A stretch of 64,000 nt of DNA, from positions 1,002,925 to 1,066,924 of the forward strand of contig CM082583.2 in assembly GCA_040954595.2 (NCBI GenBank), in the 5' to 3' direction. A model generated the notes under the pieces. It was not told where the DNA came from and did no database searches. It was given only the letters and a program-made list of their open reading frames with translations. Below, one piece after another: positions 63,836-64,000 of this stretch (the stretch's first letter is position 1; each line of letters starts with the position of its first letter). This DNA comes from Balanoglossus misakiensis. Lineage: Eukaryota; Animalia; Hemichordata. Position numbers and translations under genes: made by a program.

Positions 63836-64000
63836 CGCTGCTCTTTAAACTGACCTGAACTGACCCTCAACTTTTCAATACGTCACACTACGTCATGCGC
63901 AAAAATATGCGCAGTTTCCGGTTTTTATTCTGCGCATACATCCTTAAAGTGGACCATATATGACGTAATCTCTGCCCGGGTGCTTTTCAGGCTACCTGCA

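Larger units (their letters stand above)
57972..63943 (-). mobile_element. Kolobok-superfamily DNA transposon, 5972 bp, apparently full length and autonomous
   Basis: TTAA on both sides (57968-57971 and 63944-63947). Imperfect TIRs GGATGTACGTTCGGAAAAAA vs GGATGTATGCGCAGAATAAA (reverse complement of the right end). Encloses an intact transposase gene. Confidence 0.87.

Overview
This is eukaryotic genomic DNA, probably from an invertebrate (GT-AG introns, satellites, animal-type transposons), and almost all of it is repetitive or mobile. (1) 1-44426 is a macrosatellite with a ~2.05-kb unit (19 poly-C-marked units). Each unit combines a GC-rich array of alternating 81-bp monomers with an AT-rich block. 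It is interrupted by an L2-like LINE tail (9632-9824) and a triple-nested Helentron-type non-autonomous element (16364-20900). (2) 44427-47251 holds a minisatellite and a five-exon fragment of an IS3EU-like integrase-core transposase that the ORF track misses; it breaks off at its first catalytic Asp. (3) An (AT)19 tract is followed by a 6.3-kb two-module (A 179 bp, B 273-274 bp) tandem array, a His-Cys-box (His-Me finger) nuclease gene, and a four-exon gene fusing a D5/primase-type winged-helix domain to a SETD8-like SET domain. Together these are the best candidate for an undescribed system, possibly one arm of a large mobile element. (4) 57972-63943 is an apparently intact TTAA-flanked Kolobok-type DNA transposon whose 7-exon ORF (889 aa) fuses a DDE transposase to a DEDDh exonuclease. 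All gene models were spliced by hand, family names rest on motif recognition, and no database searches were run.
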